A stretch of DNA of 64,000 nt from Candidatus Latescibacterota bacterium (GTDB lineage: Bacteria; Latescibacterota; UBA2968; UBA8231): NCBI GenBank assembly GCA_965203175.1, contig OZ241867.1, positions 928,001 through 992,000 of the forward strand, given 5' to 3'. The notes beneath the pieces were generated by a model. The model searched no databases. It was not told the DNA's origin and saw only the letters and a list, made by a program, of their open reading frames with translations. The stretch's first letter is position 1. Every line of letters begins with the position of its first letter. Positions 18,273 to 27,741 of the stretch are shown piece after piece. Position numbers and translations under genes: made by a program.

Positions 18273-19397
18273 ATGTCGGGCACTGAAGCCCCCATCGGAC
18301 CCAATGATGCGATTAAAGTCACCAAAATCGAGACGTTCGTCCTCAAAAACTCCTGGGTCTTCGTCAAGATCTCGACGGACGCGGGCATCACCGGTTGGGG
18401 CGAGATGCTCAAAGACGACGCCAGGGCCTGTGCCGCCGGCGCGCTCGAAGTCGCCGACTACTTAGTGGGCAAAGATCCCCGCCCAGTCACTCACCACTGG
18501 CAGGCCATCCATCGCGGTGCCTTCTATCGCGGCGGCCCGATCAAAACCGCCATCTCCTCCGGCATTGATATGGCCCTTTGGGACATCACCGGCAAATGCT
18601 ATGGCGTACCCGTGTACAAGCTGCTCGGCGGCCCCACGCGCGAGCGGATTCGGGTTTATGGCGAGGTAAGCGAGAAGACCGGCGTCAACGCCATGAAGGT
18701 GGGGCCGGGCACGTCGCGTTCCCCCTTCAAATACATCGAGGGCCAAAAATTCGTCGATGAGATCGTCGAGCGCTTCAAGGCGCTGCGCGAACAACACGGC
18801 TCCAGCGTCGATATCGCCGTTGACTTTCACGGTGCCGTGCAGCCTCCTACCGCCCTGTTGCTCGTCAAGGCGCTTGAACCGTATCATCCTTGGTTCTACG
18901 AGGAAATTGTCCAGGCTCTCAACATCGACGTCATGGCCGAAATCGCCGCAAAGACCCACATCCCCATTGCCACGGGCGAGCGCATCTTTACCAAGTGGGG
19001 GTTCAAGGAAATTCTCGAAAAACGCGCCGCCCACATCCTCCAGCCGGACGTTTGCTATGCCGGCGGCATCACCGAATTGAAGATCATCGCCGGCATGGCC
19101 GAGGCCTACTACTCGCCGCTGGCCCCACACAACCCCCAAGGTCCCTGCTCGCTTGCCGCGAGTCTGCAAGTCGCCGCTTCCATCCCCAACTTTCTCATCC
19201 AAGAGCGCGGCGACAACGAATACGCAGACCTGCTCGCCAAACCCTTGCCACCAGTCGCCAACGGCCACCGACCGCTACCCCCGGATCCCGGCCTCGGTAT
19301 CACCATCGACGAAGACAAGCTCATGGACCAAGTCGGCGAACCGAGTCCCTATCGAGCGCACCTTGATCCCGACGATGGGTCGGTCGTGGACTGGTAG
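18273..19397 (+). CDS. Mandelate racemase/galactonate dehydratase-like enolase
   Basis: GITGWGE, SGIDMALWDI.GK, VDFHG, EE, ATGER, LQPD, APHNPQG. Confidence 0.9.
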   Translation: MSGTEAPIGPNDAIKVTKIETFVLKNSWVFVKISTDAGITGWGEMLKDDARACAAGALEVADYLVGKDPRPVTHHWQAIHRGAFYRGGPIKTAISSGIDMALWDITGKCYGVPVYKLLGGPTRERIRVYGEVSEKTGVNAMKVGPGTSRSPFKYIEGQKFVDEIVERFKALREQHGSSVDIAVDFHGAVQPPTALLLVKALEPYHPWFYEEIVQALNIDVMAEIAAKTHIPIATGERIFTKWGFKEILEKRAAHILQPDVCYAGGITELKIIAGMAEAYYSPLAPHNPQGPCSLAASLQVAASIPNFLIQERGDNEYADLLAKPLPPVANGHRPLPPDPGLGITIDEDKLMDQVGEPSPYRAHLDPDDGSVVDW

Positions 19398-19433
19398 GAC
19401 GGAGAGAAGGCATACGAATCGGAGGAATACATT

Positions 19434-19622
19434 ATGAAGCGCACTTTTAGCGTGAAGGCTATCTGGGACGATGAGGCGCAGGTCTTCTATGCCCAAAGCG
19501 ACATTGAGGGCCTACATATTGAGGCTGCCAGTCTTGATGAATTTGAAGAAATCATGCTGGACGCGGCACCTGAATTGATTATGGCCAACCATCGAAGTGC
19601 GTCCGAGATCGCCGAACACTAG
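19434..19622 (+). CDS. DUF1902 / HicB-like antitoxin
   Basis: VKAIWDDEAQVFYAQSDIEGLHIEAASLDEF; GGAGG SD. Confidence 0.75.
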   Translation: MKRTFSVKAIWDDEAQVFYAQSDIEGLHIEAASLDEFEEIMLDAAPELIMANHRSASEIAEH

Positions 19623-19634
19623 AAAGGGGCGCTT

Positions 19635-19979
19635 ATGAATGCCATTGAAGCCCATATCGACAGCGCCACGATCCAAGCTATAGCGCGACTGATTGTCGAA
19701 CGCTTTGATCCTGAACAGATCATTCTTTTTGGCAGCCATGCTCGTGGAGAGGTCGGAGCGCACAGCGATTTGGATCTGCTGGTCGTGCTTCGTACAGGCG
19801 TAGGACAGCCACAGCATGGCAATCCAATTCGTCGGGCGATTGCCGAGCGGTTCGTCCTGCCCGTTGATGTGGTCGTCCGCTCTCCAGAAGTCCTCGCCGA
19901 GCAGCGCGATGATCCGTATTCCTTGATTCACAAGGTGCTGGAAGAGGGGAAAGTGCTGTATGAGCGACGTGTCGCCTGA
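19635..19979 (+). CDS. Minimal nucleotidyltransferase (MNT)
   Basis: PEQIILFGSHARG..SDLDLLVV, VDVVV, EGKVLYE. Confidence 0.9.
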   Translation: MNAIEAHIDSATIQAIARLIVERFDPEQIILFGSHARGEVGAHSDLDLLVVLRTGVGQPQHGNPIRRAIAERFVLPVDVVVRSPEVLAEQRDDPYSLIHKVLEEGKVLYERRVA

Positions 19980-20343
19980 ACAAGAGTGGTTCGAGAAGGC
20001 CGACCAAGATCTGGATATGGCCCGACGGGCGTTAGGACCAGAAAAACCCCTCCCGGGGATGGCCTGCTACCACGCTCAGCAATGCGCCGAGAAATATCTA
20101 AAGGGCTATCTGATCGCTCACTCAGTGCCTTTCCGCTTTGTACATGATCTCGTTTATCTTACGCAGCTATGCACGGCACGCGAACCAGCCTTTGAGGCAC
20201 TGATGTCGGCTGCTGAAATTTTAGGTGAGTATGGGACGACGGTGCGCTATCCGATGGAGGGATCAGAAGACCCCGATGTAGAAACGGCCAAGGAAGCGAT
20301 CCGACTGGCCGAACAGGTTGCTGCTTTAGTCGTGCAGAGTTAA
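19960..20343 (+). CDS. HEPN domain protein (MNT partner)
   Basis: WFEKADQDL, CYHAQQCAEKYLKG, HDL, RYP. Confidence 0.9.
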   Translation: MSDVSPEQEWFEKADQDLDMARRALGPEKPLPGMACYHAQQCAEKYLKGYLIAHSVPFRFVHDLVYLTQLCTAREPAFEALMSAAEILGEYGTTVRYPMEGSEDPDVETAKEAIRLAEQVAALVVQS

Positions 20344-20386
20344 AGCTGGTTCTATGAGAGTTTTGAAACGAAAAAGAAAAAATACC

Positions 20387-20656
20387 ATGGAGCTTCACGA
20401 ACTCGTCCTTGAGATGAAGCAGCTTGAACGGCGGCTCATGCTCTACGAAGAAAAATACGGTATTCTCAGCCAAGATTTTTACAACATCTTAAAAGCGGGC
20501 AAGCTATCGCACTACGACGATTTTGACGAAACTCGAACGGATTTCAGCCGATGGAAAGGCATTTACGAAACTTGGCAACGCCGCAAGACAGCCTATAACG
20601 AACAAATCCAACAAAGCGATCCAGCCGACGCATTGCGTGTACAACCTGCTTATTGA
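20387..20656 (+). CDS. Small helical putative antitoxin (TumA-like)
   Basis: LERRLMLYEEKYGILSQDFY..G.L..DFSRWKGIYE pattern recalled from DUF6516/TumE-associated antitoxins. Confidence 0.55.
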   Translation: MELHELVLEMKQLERRLMLYEEKYGILSQDFYNILKAGKLSHYDDFDETRTDFSRWKGIYETWQRRKTAYNEQIQQSDPADALRVQPAY

Positions 20657-20692
20657 TATGGCGGAAAATCCTCTTTCCCTAGGAGGAACACT

Positions 20693-20965
20693 ATGACACA
20701 AACAACCGAAAACGCAATACTTACAATCGAGAACGGCGTGTTTCACAGCAAAGAGGGCTTTGTGAGCGGCACGCCCATTTTCGTGGGGACCCGTGTACCA
20801 ATAAAGAACCTATTTGATTATCTGGCAGGTGGGCACAGTCTGGACGAATTTCTGGCCGACTTCCCGAGTGTAAGCAGTGAGCAGGCAATAAGGACGATTG
20901 ATATGGCGAGGGAAGTATTGGAGACCTCAAAACGCAGTCAGGTCATACGCATCGGAGCACCGTAA
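20693..20965 (+). CDS. DUF433 antitoxin-like protein
   Basis: SGTPIFVGTRVPIKNLFDYLAGGHSLDEFLADFPSVS; AGGAGG SD. Confidence 0.9.
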   Translation: MTQTTENAILTIENGVFHSKEGFVSGTPIFVGTRVPIKNLFDYLAGGHSLDEFLADFPSVSSEQAIRTIDMAREVLETSKRSQVIRIGAP

Positions 20966-20984
20966 CACGACTATTGTTGGGGAG

Positions 20985-22286
20985 ATGAACCTCTTTTCTA
21001 AATTGCGCCGCTTAGCCCAGAAAATCAAAGATAATCCTCTCTTGAGCTTTCTCATCGGCCTGCTCGGTGCCTTGTTGGCAATTTTTGTGGTCGTCATGCT
21101 CTACGACTACCCCAAGTGGATTTTCAATCTTTTAGGGATAGCTGGAAAAGACAACCCTAAGTACGAGGCCCTGAAATTTCTGGGAATCGGCATGGGCGGC
21201 GTACTGGTCGTCCTGCAAGCCCTGATGTCCCACAGGCGTGCCAAGGCGATGGAGGATGCCGTAGAGAAAACCGAGCAGGGCCAGCGGCAGGATCGCCTGA
21301 AAAACGCCATCGAACACTTGGGGCATAAATCGGAATCCGTGCGCCTAGGCGGGGCCTACGAACTCTTCCATCTAGCGAAAGACACCAAAGAGTTACGCCA
21401 GACCGTGCTCGATATTCTCTGCGCCCATATCCGCCGGACGACGAGCGAAAGCGAATATCGGGAAACGCACAAGTCGAAACCCTCGGAAGAAGTCCAAAGC
21501 CTTTTGACGTTGCTGTTCGTACAGGAGTACGAGGTCTTCAGAGGTTGTCACATCAACTTGCAAGGAAGCTGGCTGAACGGAGCCGATCTCCGAGAAGCGC
21601 GTTTATGGAAGGCTGCTCTGATAGGAGTACATTTGCAAAAAGCCAATCTTTATAGGACACATTTCCAAAAAGCCAATCTTTATAGGGCACAACTGCAAGG
21701 AGCGAACCTTGTCGAGGCACAACTGCAAGGAACTACGCTTGACAGGGCACAACTGCAAAGCTCAATACTTAATAGGGCATTACTACAAGGAGCGAACCTT
21801 GTCGAGACACAACTGCAAGGATCAATACTTGCTAGGGCACAACTGCAAGGGGCTTCCCTTGTCGAGACAAAACTACAAGCAGCGAACCTTGTCGAGACAC
21901 AACTGCAAGGGGCTATGCTGTTCATAGGGATACAACTTCAGGGAGCCGCCCTGCGAGGGGCACAACTGCAAGGGATCGGAAGTGTAGATGGATCTTCTAT
22001 GTCTTTTCAAGATCGTATTAGGGGACAGATTGACAAAAAAAGTGATCTGTCGGAGGTAATTTTCGCAGGCGGATTAAGCCAAAAATACGTGGACTCCCTC
22101 GTCGAAGGCTTATCTGAAGATCAAGCAACGTGGCTACGGAGATTGAGGCGACACATCGATATTCCGGAAAGCTATAAACTGCCAGAAAACAGCGGTGCCA
22201 TTGGAGCCTACACTAAAGAAGACGCCGAAAAATGGATCGCCGAATATGAGAACGCCATGTCAGAAGTTCCGGCGGATGATAGCTAA
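20985..22286 (+). CDS. Membrane-anchored pentapeptide repeat protein
   Basis: Two N-terminal TM helices, AIEHLG..SVRLGGAYEL, A(N/D)LxxAQLQG repeats. Confidence 0.9.
   Translation: MNLFSKLRRLAQKIKDNPLLSFLIGLLGALLAIFVVVMLYDYPKWIFNLLGIAGKDNPKYEALKFLGIGMGGVLVVLQALMSHRRAKAMEDAVEKTEQGQRQDRLKNAIEHLGHKSESVRLGGAYELFHLAKDTKELRQTVLDILCAHIRRTTSESEYRETHKSKPSEEVQSLLTLLFVQEYEVFRGCHINLQGSWLNGADLREARLWKAALIGVHLQKANLYRTHFQKANLYRAQLQGANLVEAQLQGTTLDRAQLQSSILNRALLQGANLVETQLQGSILARAQLQGASLVETKLQAANLVETQLQGAMLFIGIQLQGAALRGAQLQGIGSVDGSSMSFQDRIRGQIDKKSDLSEVIFAGGLSQKYVDSLVEGLSEDQATWLRRLRRHIDIPESYKLPENSGAIGAYTKEDAEKWIAEYENAMSEVPADDS
21628..21974 (+). repeat. Intragenic 30-bp tandem repeat (~11 units) encoding pentapeptide pairs
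   Basis: CACAACTGCAAGG core recurs every 30 bp. Confidence 0.85.
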
Positions 22287-22392
22287 TGCCAATCCTGCAT
22301 AGCTAACCCGCGACGCCGACATCTACGCAACCTCGCAAGTCCCTTATCGTCTCCTTCATACAGTAAATTCCTTTACAGATTTCCAATGATAT

Positions 22393-22440
22393 AGGCCGTC
22401 CACAAGGGGATGCCCTACGCAGTGAGCGGGCATCTCCCTT
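22393..22440. repeat. GTAG-type REP-like inverted pair / hairpin between convergent genes
   Basis: Minus strand GTAGGGCATCCCCTTGTGGACGGCCT (22418-22393); AAGGGGATGCCC pairs with GGGCATCTCCCTT. Confidence 0.5.
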
Positions 22441-22443
22441 CTG

Positions 22444-22727
22444 TCATGCAGCGAATTGGAGCCGAACCCCGCAAGCTCTGACAATTTTGTGAACGGTGTC
22501 AATCTTCGGGGTATTCTGCGCCGAGAGCGCACGAGACAGGCCCGATGGGTTCAGGCCGGTTCGGCACCTAGTTCCGCAACGCCGCCGATGGCGTCAGCGA
22601 CGTTGCGGAGCGCGATTATCAAGTCCTCGTGGTCGGTATCGGTGTCTTCGAACACGACATTCAGATAGGCCGCGATGTCCTGGGACGTTTTCAGGTAATC
22701 GCTAGCCTTATGTTCTCTTACGGGCAT
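22444..22727 (-). pseudogene. Frameshifted addiction-module antidote (HI1420/HigA-like HTH)
   Basis: MPVREHKASDYLKTSQDIAAYL..IGGVAEL continues in another frame as TGLNPSGLSRALSAQNTPKIDTVHKIVRACGVRLQFAA*; span 284 bp, 1 nt short of whole codons. Confidence 0.8.
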
Positions 22728-22744
22728 TTCGTTTCTCCTGAGTC

Positions 22745-23752
22745 CTACCCAATCTTCACCGTCCGCTGCCCCTTCCCAGCCCTCAACACAGCCGTCGCCA
22801 CCTCCAAGGCGGCGATTCCATCTTCCCCAGTCACCAAGGGCTGTTCGCCATTGGCAAAGCACTTGACCACGTGTTTGTCCTGGTCGGCGAACATGTCCTT
22901 GAGCGGATAGGAGTACACCCGCTCGCGGCCTTCGCCCATCTTGAGCGTAAAAGCACCGCTTTTTTCCGGATTGAAGCGCGCCGGGGCCTTTTGCGCGGTC
23001 ATGCCAAATTGCAAGGTGCCGGCCGGGCCAATCACATCGTTGAGGCTCGCCACGGGCGCGCCAGCGGCCACGCCCCACGACCAGATCAAGGCGTGCTGGT
23101 CGCCGCTGGCGAAGTTGACGATGACGCTAGCGGTGTCAGCGCCGACGCTGGTGGGGTCGAATTGCAGGGAAGAGGCTTGTGCCGAGGCAGCCGGGCCGAA
23201 AATCTGCAAAGCGAAATCGTAGTTGTGCACGGCACCGTCCATCAGCGGACCGCCGCCTTTGTTCTCATCGCGAAACCACGGACGGCCCGGGCGGCCCCCC
23301 CCAGCAAAGCGCCAGATAACCGGCGAGCCGACGGCACCGGATTGGACGATTTCCTTGAGCTTGCCCCACTGAGTATCAAAGCGGCGCACAAAGCCAATGG
23401 TCAGCCGCACATCGGCTTGGCGGCAAGCATTCGCCATGCGCCGCGCATCAGCCACCTTCAGCGCCATGGGCTTCTCGCAGAACACGTGCTTGCCGGCTTT
23501 GGCTGCGGCGATGACCGGGGCGGGATGCTGGAAGGTGGGGGTGCAGACCCACACCGCGTCGATCTCGGGCAGATCGAGCACTGCTCGGAAGTCCGCAAAG
23601 TGGTGTTCGGCTCCGAAGTCGCGGGCGAACGCCTCGGCCGCATCGGCGACTACATCCGCGACCGCGACAATGCGCGTACCCCGGATCTGAGTTAAGCACT
23701 TGGCGTGATGGCGGGCAATGCCGCCGCAGCCGATAAAACCGACATTCAGCAT
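22745..23752 (-). CDS. Gfo/Idh/MocA oxidoreductase
   Basis: GFIGCGGIA, GKHVFCEKPMA, GGGPLMDGAVH. Confidence 0.92.
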   Translation of the reverse strand: MLNVGFIGCGGIARHHAKCLTQIRGTRIVAVADVVADAAEAFARDFGAEHHFADFRAVLDLPEIDAVWVCTPTFQHPAPVIAAAKAGKHVFCEKPMALKVADARRMANACRQADVRLTIGFVRRFDTQWGKLKEIVQSGAVGSPVIWRFAGGGRPGRPWFRDENKGGGPLMDGAVHNYDFALQIFGPAASAQASSLQFDPTSVGADTASVIVNFASGDQHALIWSWGVAAGAPVASLNDVIGPAGTLQFGMTAQKAPARFNPEKSGAFTLKMGEGRERVYSYPLKDMFADQDKHVVKCFANGEQPLVTGEDGIAALEVATAVLRAGKGQRTVKIG

Positions 23753-23897
23753 GATCTTCTCCTATTGGGACGTAGATAGTTGCGAGAGCAACAGTAATGT
23801 GTCTAGCGCGGCGTTTGTCAAGGGACGGCCCGGAATCCAAAAGAGGCAACTCCTTGTCAAACAAAATGTTACAACGCCTATAAACACTTGGCTTACC

Positions 23898-23926
23898 TTG
23901 ACTTTTCCCTAGTCCAAGTATAGCTT
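23898..23926 (+). promoter_or_regulatory. Putative sigma70 promoter of the S55-rib-nusB operon
   Basis: TTGACT-17 nt-TAGCTT. Confidence 0.45.
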
Positions 23927-23966
23927 TTTTAATTCTTTTCTCTAAGGGAAAGGCAAGCAAAAGGTC

Positions 23967-25709
23967 GTGCAGACCTCATTTCGCATACTAGTCACACTGG
24001 CATCGTTGCTCTTGGCTACCCCCGCGCTCCGCGCACAACCTTTCATGGAGCCAAGCGAGTTGCGCCGAGGCATGAGCGGCTTTGGGCTGACGACCTTCCA
24101 GGGCACACAGATCGACACCTTCCAAGTCGAAATCTTGGGGGTGCTAAAAGGGGCCTTGGGGCCGCGCATGGACATGATTCTCGCCCGACTCTCCGGCGGC
24201 CCATTGGAACACACGGGCCTAATAAGGGGCATGAGCGGCAGCCCGGTGTACATCGACGGGCGGCTCATCGGTGCCATCGCTTATGGTTTTTACTTTTCCA
24301 AGGATCCCATCGCCGGCATCACCCCCATCGCCCACATGCTCGACGTCGCCACGCGCGAACATCCCACGCCAAGCCAGTACGGAAAAGTCTTAGAACTAGA
24401 TGAAGAGACCACCCGTCTGCTCGGTAGCGAGGGCGGCAGCACCCTAGCACCACTGGGGATGCCCATAGCAGTTTCTGGCTTCAGTCCGAGGGGGCGGCAA
24501 GTGTTGCGCGACGCGCTCGACGCGCCGAACATCCAGCTTTTGGACAGCCCGGCAGGGCAGGGGTTGTCCGACCAAGAGGTATCCATTGCGCCTGGGGCCC
24601 CGCTGGCCGTGCAGCTAATCCGAGGCGATTACAGCGCCGCAGGGATCGGCACCCTTACCTGGGTCGGCGACGGGCGTTTCGTCGGCTTTGGGCATCCGAT
24701 GTTTTTTCTTGGGGCCACCAACCTGCCCGCTACCGGAGCCTATATCCACCAAGTCATTCCCATTCAGACTTTCTCCTTTAAGTTGGGTACGCCGACCGGC
24801 GCAATGGGAACGGTGCGCCAAGACCGCCTGCCCGCGATCGCCGGAATGCTGGGCGAAGCGCCGGACATGCTGCCAGTGCGGGTTGCCCTGCGGTCGGCGG
24901 TTGGCGACCACGCCTTCCGCTGCGAGGTACTGCGCCATCCCGAGCGTAGCGCGTCCTTTGTCAGCTCGGTTTTGTTCAACTCCCTCGAAACGGCTGAAAA
25001 GCTCTTTGGCGACGCCACGCTGCGGATGCGCAGCCACATCGCGCTGGCCGACGGCCGCACAGTGGAGCGCGAGCAAATGTACAGCAGCGGAGTCGCGCTG
25101 CTCAGAGCCGTGATAGACGCAGTGCAACCGGTCAGCGTGCTGCTCAACAACCCCTTCGCAGGGCTGGCCTTAGACTCGCTGCACTTTGAGTTGGAAATCG
25201 GCGAAACCCTATCCCAAGCCCGCATCACGGGCCTGCGATTGTCGCCGCCTGAACCCAAGGTTGGACAGCGAGTTTCGCTGCAAGCGACGTTGCAACCGTA
25301 TCGCGCCGAGCCGGTCACAGAGCGCCTAGAGTTGGATTTGCCCGCGCATCTCGAACCCGGCCCCTTCGTCGTGCGCGTCGGCAGCGGTGTGGCGAGCACG
25401 CGTTGGGAAGCGGCGCGCCAGCCCGATGCGTTTGTGCCGCGCAATGCCTCTGACTTGATCGCATTGCTCGAGAGCACGGGCGCTGCCGACGAACTGGTCG
25501 TCGAGGTCTTTCGCGCGGAACCGGGCTTTACGGTAGACGGGCGCGAGTTGCCCGGGCTGCCTCCCTCGGCGTTGGCCGTGCTGAGCGCGGACCGCTCGGC
25601 TGGGCACCTGGGGCCGGTCCAAGGCGAGGTTGTCCTTCGCCGCACCCTAACCACTGACTACGTCCTCTTCGGCGAGCAAAGCCTCGACATTACACTGAGA
25701 AAGCCCTGA
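23967..25709 (+). CDS. SpoIVB-like peptidase S55 protein, secreted
   Basis: Signal peptide; GMSGSPVYIDGRLIGAIAYG; FGHP. Confidence 0.88.
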   Translation: MQTSFRILVTLASLLLATPALRAQPFMEPSELRRGMSGFGLTTFQGTQIDTFQVEILGVLKGALGPRMDMILARLSGGPLEHTGLIRGMSGSPVYIDGRLIGAIAYGFYFSKDPIAGITPIAHMLDVATREHPTPSQYGKVLELDEETTRLLGSEGGSTLAPLGMPIAVSGFSPRGRQVLRDALDAPNIQLLDSPAGQGLSDQEVSIAPGAPLAVQLIRGDYSAAGIGTLTWVGDGRFVGFGHPMFFLGATNLPATGAYIHQVIPIQTFSFKLGTPTGAMGTVRQDRLPAIAGMLGEAPDMLPVRVALRSAVGDHAFRCEVLRHPERSASFVSSVLFNSLETAEKLFGDATLRMRSHIALADGRTVEREQMYSSGVALLRAVIDAVQPVSVLLNNPFAGLALDSLHFELEIGETLSQARITGLRLSPPEPKVGQRVSLQATLQPYRAEPVTERLELDLPAHLEPGPFVVRVGSGVASTRWEAARQPDAFVPRNASDLIALLESTGAADELVVEVFRAEPGFTVDGRELPGLPPSALAVLSADRSAGHLGPVQGEVVLRRTLTTDYVLFGEQSLDITLRKP

Positions 25710-25713
25710 TCTA

Positions 25714-27741
25714 ATGGTACTTACAACCCGAGTCCTGTTTTCGTTTTTCTTGCTCCTATCGGCGGTCAGCGCAACCGAAGCGGGGCGCGCCAAGGCTTGG
25801 CAGCAGCACGCGTACGACGACTTTGCCGAAGGCGAGAGCGAGGGCATCTCCATCGCCGCAGACGGCGTGTTGGAACTAGCGCCCGCACTCGTCGAGCTAG
25901 CCTCATTCGAGGCCGAGCGCGTCTGGTCCATGATACCCAATCCCAAGGGGGGACTCTACGTGGGCACCGGCGACTCAGGCAGGCTCTTTGCCGTCGATGA
26001 CGAGGGGCAAGCCGAGTTGCTATTTGACTCGCCCGAACTCGTCCTCCACGCCCTGATCGTCGGCCCCAATGGTCGGCTCCACGCTGGCTCGGCCCCCGAC
26101 GGCCTAGTCTACGAGATCAACGGCGAGGGGCAGGCAAAAACCTTGCTCCAGACTGGCAGCCGCTACGTATGGGATCTCGCCCTGATTGAAGGCCAGCTCT
26201 ACGCGGCCACGGGCGAGCCCGGCCGAGTGCTCAAAATAGCCAAAGATGGGTCGCACGAAGCCTTCTTTACGCCAGAAGACCGCCACGTTATAACCCTGCT
26301 CGCCCACAACGACCGCTTGTACGCCGGCACGGCCGGCAAGGGCCGCATCTACGAGATCAACGGCGAGGGCCGCGGGCGGCTGCTCTTTGAAAGCGAGCAA
26401 GAAGAAATTCACAACCTAGTGGTAGGGGTCAGCGGAGAAATTTTCGCCAGCGCGATTCCCGCGCCGAGCAAGGGCGAAAATTCCAATAAGGTCCCGGCGG
26501 CCGTGTACCGCGTCGGAGTGGAGGGGGCGGTTTATCCCATTTGGGAAGAGACCGAAACCAAGCTCGTCAATCTCGTTGCAGCCGGTGAGGACCTGCTGCT
26601 CAGCACCTCCAACCCGGCACAGCTTTTGCGCCTCAGCGCCGATGGCCGCCGTGCGTTGGTCGTGCAGTTCGAGAGCTTTGTCCCCAGCCGCCTCTTGTTC
26701 GGATCAGGCGGCGCGCTCCACTTGGGCGGGGCGCAAAAGGCCGTCGTCTCCACCCTACCCGAGAAGGGCCGCCGCAAGGGGCACTTTGAATCAGCGGTCG
26801 AGGATTTTGCCATCCACGCGCGGTGGGGGGCGCTCGAATGGCGCGGCACCCAACCTGCAGACACCCGCATAACCGTGCAGACGCGCACCGGCAACAGCGA
26901 AGAGCCAGACAAAACTTGGAGCGCGTGGTCTGAGCCGCTGACCGAGAGCGGCCAAACCATCGCCAGCCCCCCCGCTCGCTTTATCCAGTACCGGGTCGAG
27001 ATGGAATCCACGCGCGACGGGGCCACGCCCCGACTCAGCTCGATCGAAATCCGCGGCGTCCAAGTCAACCTCAAACCCCGCATTACCGAGCTGCAAACCT
27101 TTCCCTTCCGGCCGCAACAATCCGGCAACGGCGGTCAATCCCAAGGAGCACCTCAAGCTGGTCAAGGGCGGCGCAACAATCGCCCCCCCCAAGCGAAAAG
27201 TCTGCGCCTAGTGCGCTGGCACGCCCAAGACCCCAACGAGGACGAGCTAGTGTACGACCTCTACCTCAAGGGCGAGGATCAGCGAGCGTGGAAGCTGGTC
27301 GAAGAAAACATCGCGCACACCTCGGTTCTCTGGGACACCGAATCCATGCCTGAAGGCCAGACCCAGCTCAAGCTGGTGGCCTCCGATCGCATAGACAACC
27401 CCGCGACCGAAAGCCTGCGCGACGAGCGCGAAAGCATGCCCTTTGCCATCGACAACAGTCCACCGACCGTTGAACTCGACGCGCAGACCAGCGCCGATGG
27501 TGCAGTCGTCGAAGTGGCAATTAGCGACCGCATCTCAGCGGTGCAAAAAGCCTATTACACCATGGACTACGGCGAACAACAGCACCCCATCGCGCCGTTG
27601 GACGGCGTCTTTGACAGCCGCAGCGAAAAGGCGCGCTTTGCCGTCGAAGGGCTGGCAGCGGGCGAGCACGTCATTGTCGTGCGGGCCATCGACGCCCTCG
27701 ACAACATCGGCGTGCGGCAAATCGTCATTCAAGTCAAGTGA
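25714..27741 (+). CDS. Secreted beta-propeller + Ig/Fn3-like protein (S55 partner)
   Basis: Signal peptide, LY.GTG..G.(L/I)Y repeats, TRTGNS..PD.TWS.WS, PARFIQYR, DG.FDS..E. Confidence 0.75.
   Translation: MVLTTRVLFSFFLLLSAVSATEAGRAKAWQQHAYDDFAEGESEGISIAADGVLELAPALVELASFEAERVWSMIPNPKGGLYVGTGDSGRLFAVDDEGQAELLFDSPELVLHALIVGPNGRLHAGSAPDGLVYEINGEGQAKTLLQTGSRYVWDLALIEGQLYAATGEPGRVLKIAKDGSHEAFFTPEDRHVITLLAHNDRLYAGTAGKGRIYEINGEGRGRLLFESEQEEIHNLVVGVSGEIFASAIPAPSKGENSNKVPAAVYRVGVEGAVYPIWEETETKLVNLVAAGEDLLLSTSNPAQLLRLSADGRRALVVQFESFVPSRLLFGSGGALHLGGAQKAVVSTLPEKGRRKGHFESAVEDFAIHARWGALEWRGTQPADTRITVQTRTGNSEEPDKTWSAWSEPLTESGQTIASPPARFIQYRVEMESTRDGATPRLSSIEIRGVQVNLKPRITELQTFPFRPQQSGNGGQSQGAPQAGQGRRNNRPPQAKSLRLVRWHAQDPNEDELVYDLYLKGEDQRAWKLVEENIAHTSVLWDTESMPEGQTQLKLVASDRIDNPATESLRDERESMPFAIDNSPPTVELDAQTSADGAVVEVAISDRISAVQKAYYTMDYGEQQHPIAPLDGVFDSRSEKARFAVEGLAAGEHVIVVRAIDALDNIGVRQIVIQVK

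Noticed and set aside
19398-20984. Integron cassette array explaining the TA cluster
   Set aside because: No attC-like repeats in the short spacers and no integron integrase
21628-21974. Possible CRISPR array (regular ~30-bp periodicity)
   Set aside because: Contiguous in-frame coding repeats without unique spacers; no cas genes
23753-27737. FMN riboswitch for the rib operon
   Set aside because: ribD overlaps the upstream gene and no RFN consensus was recognisable in the operon leader
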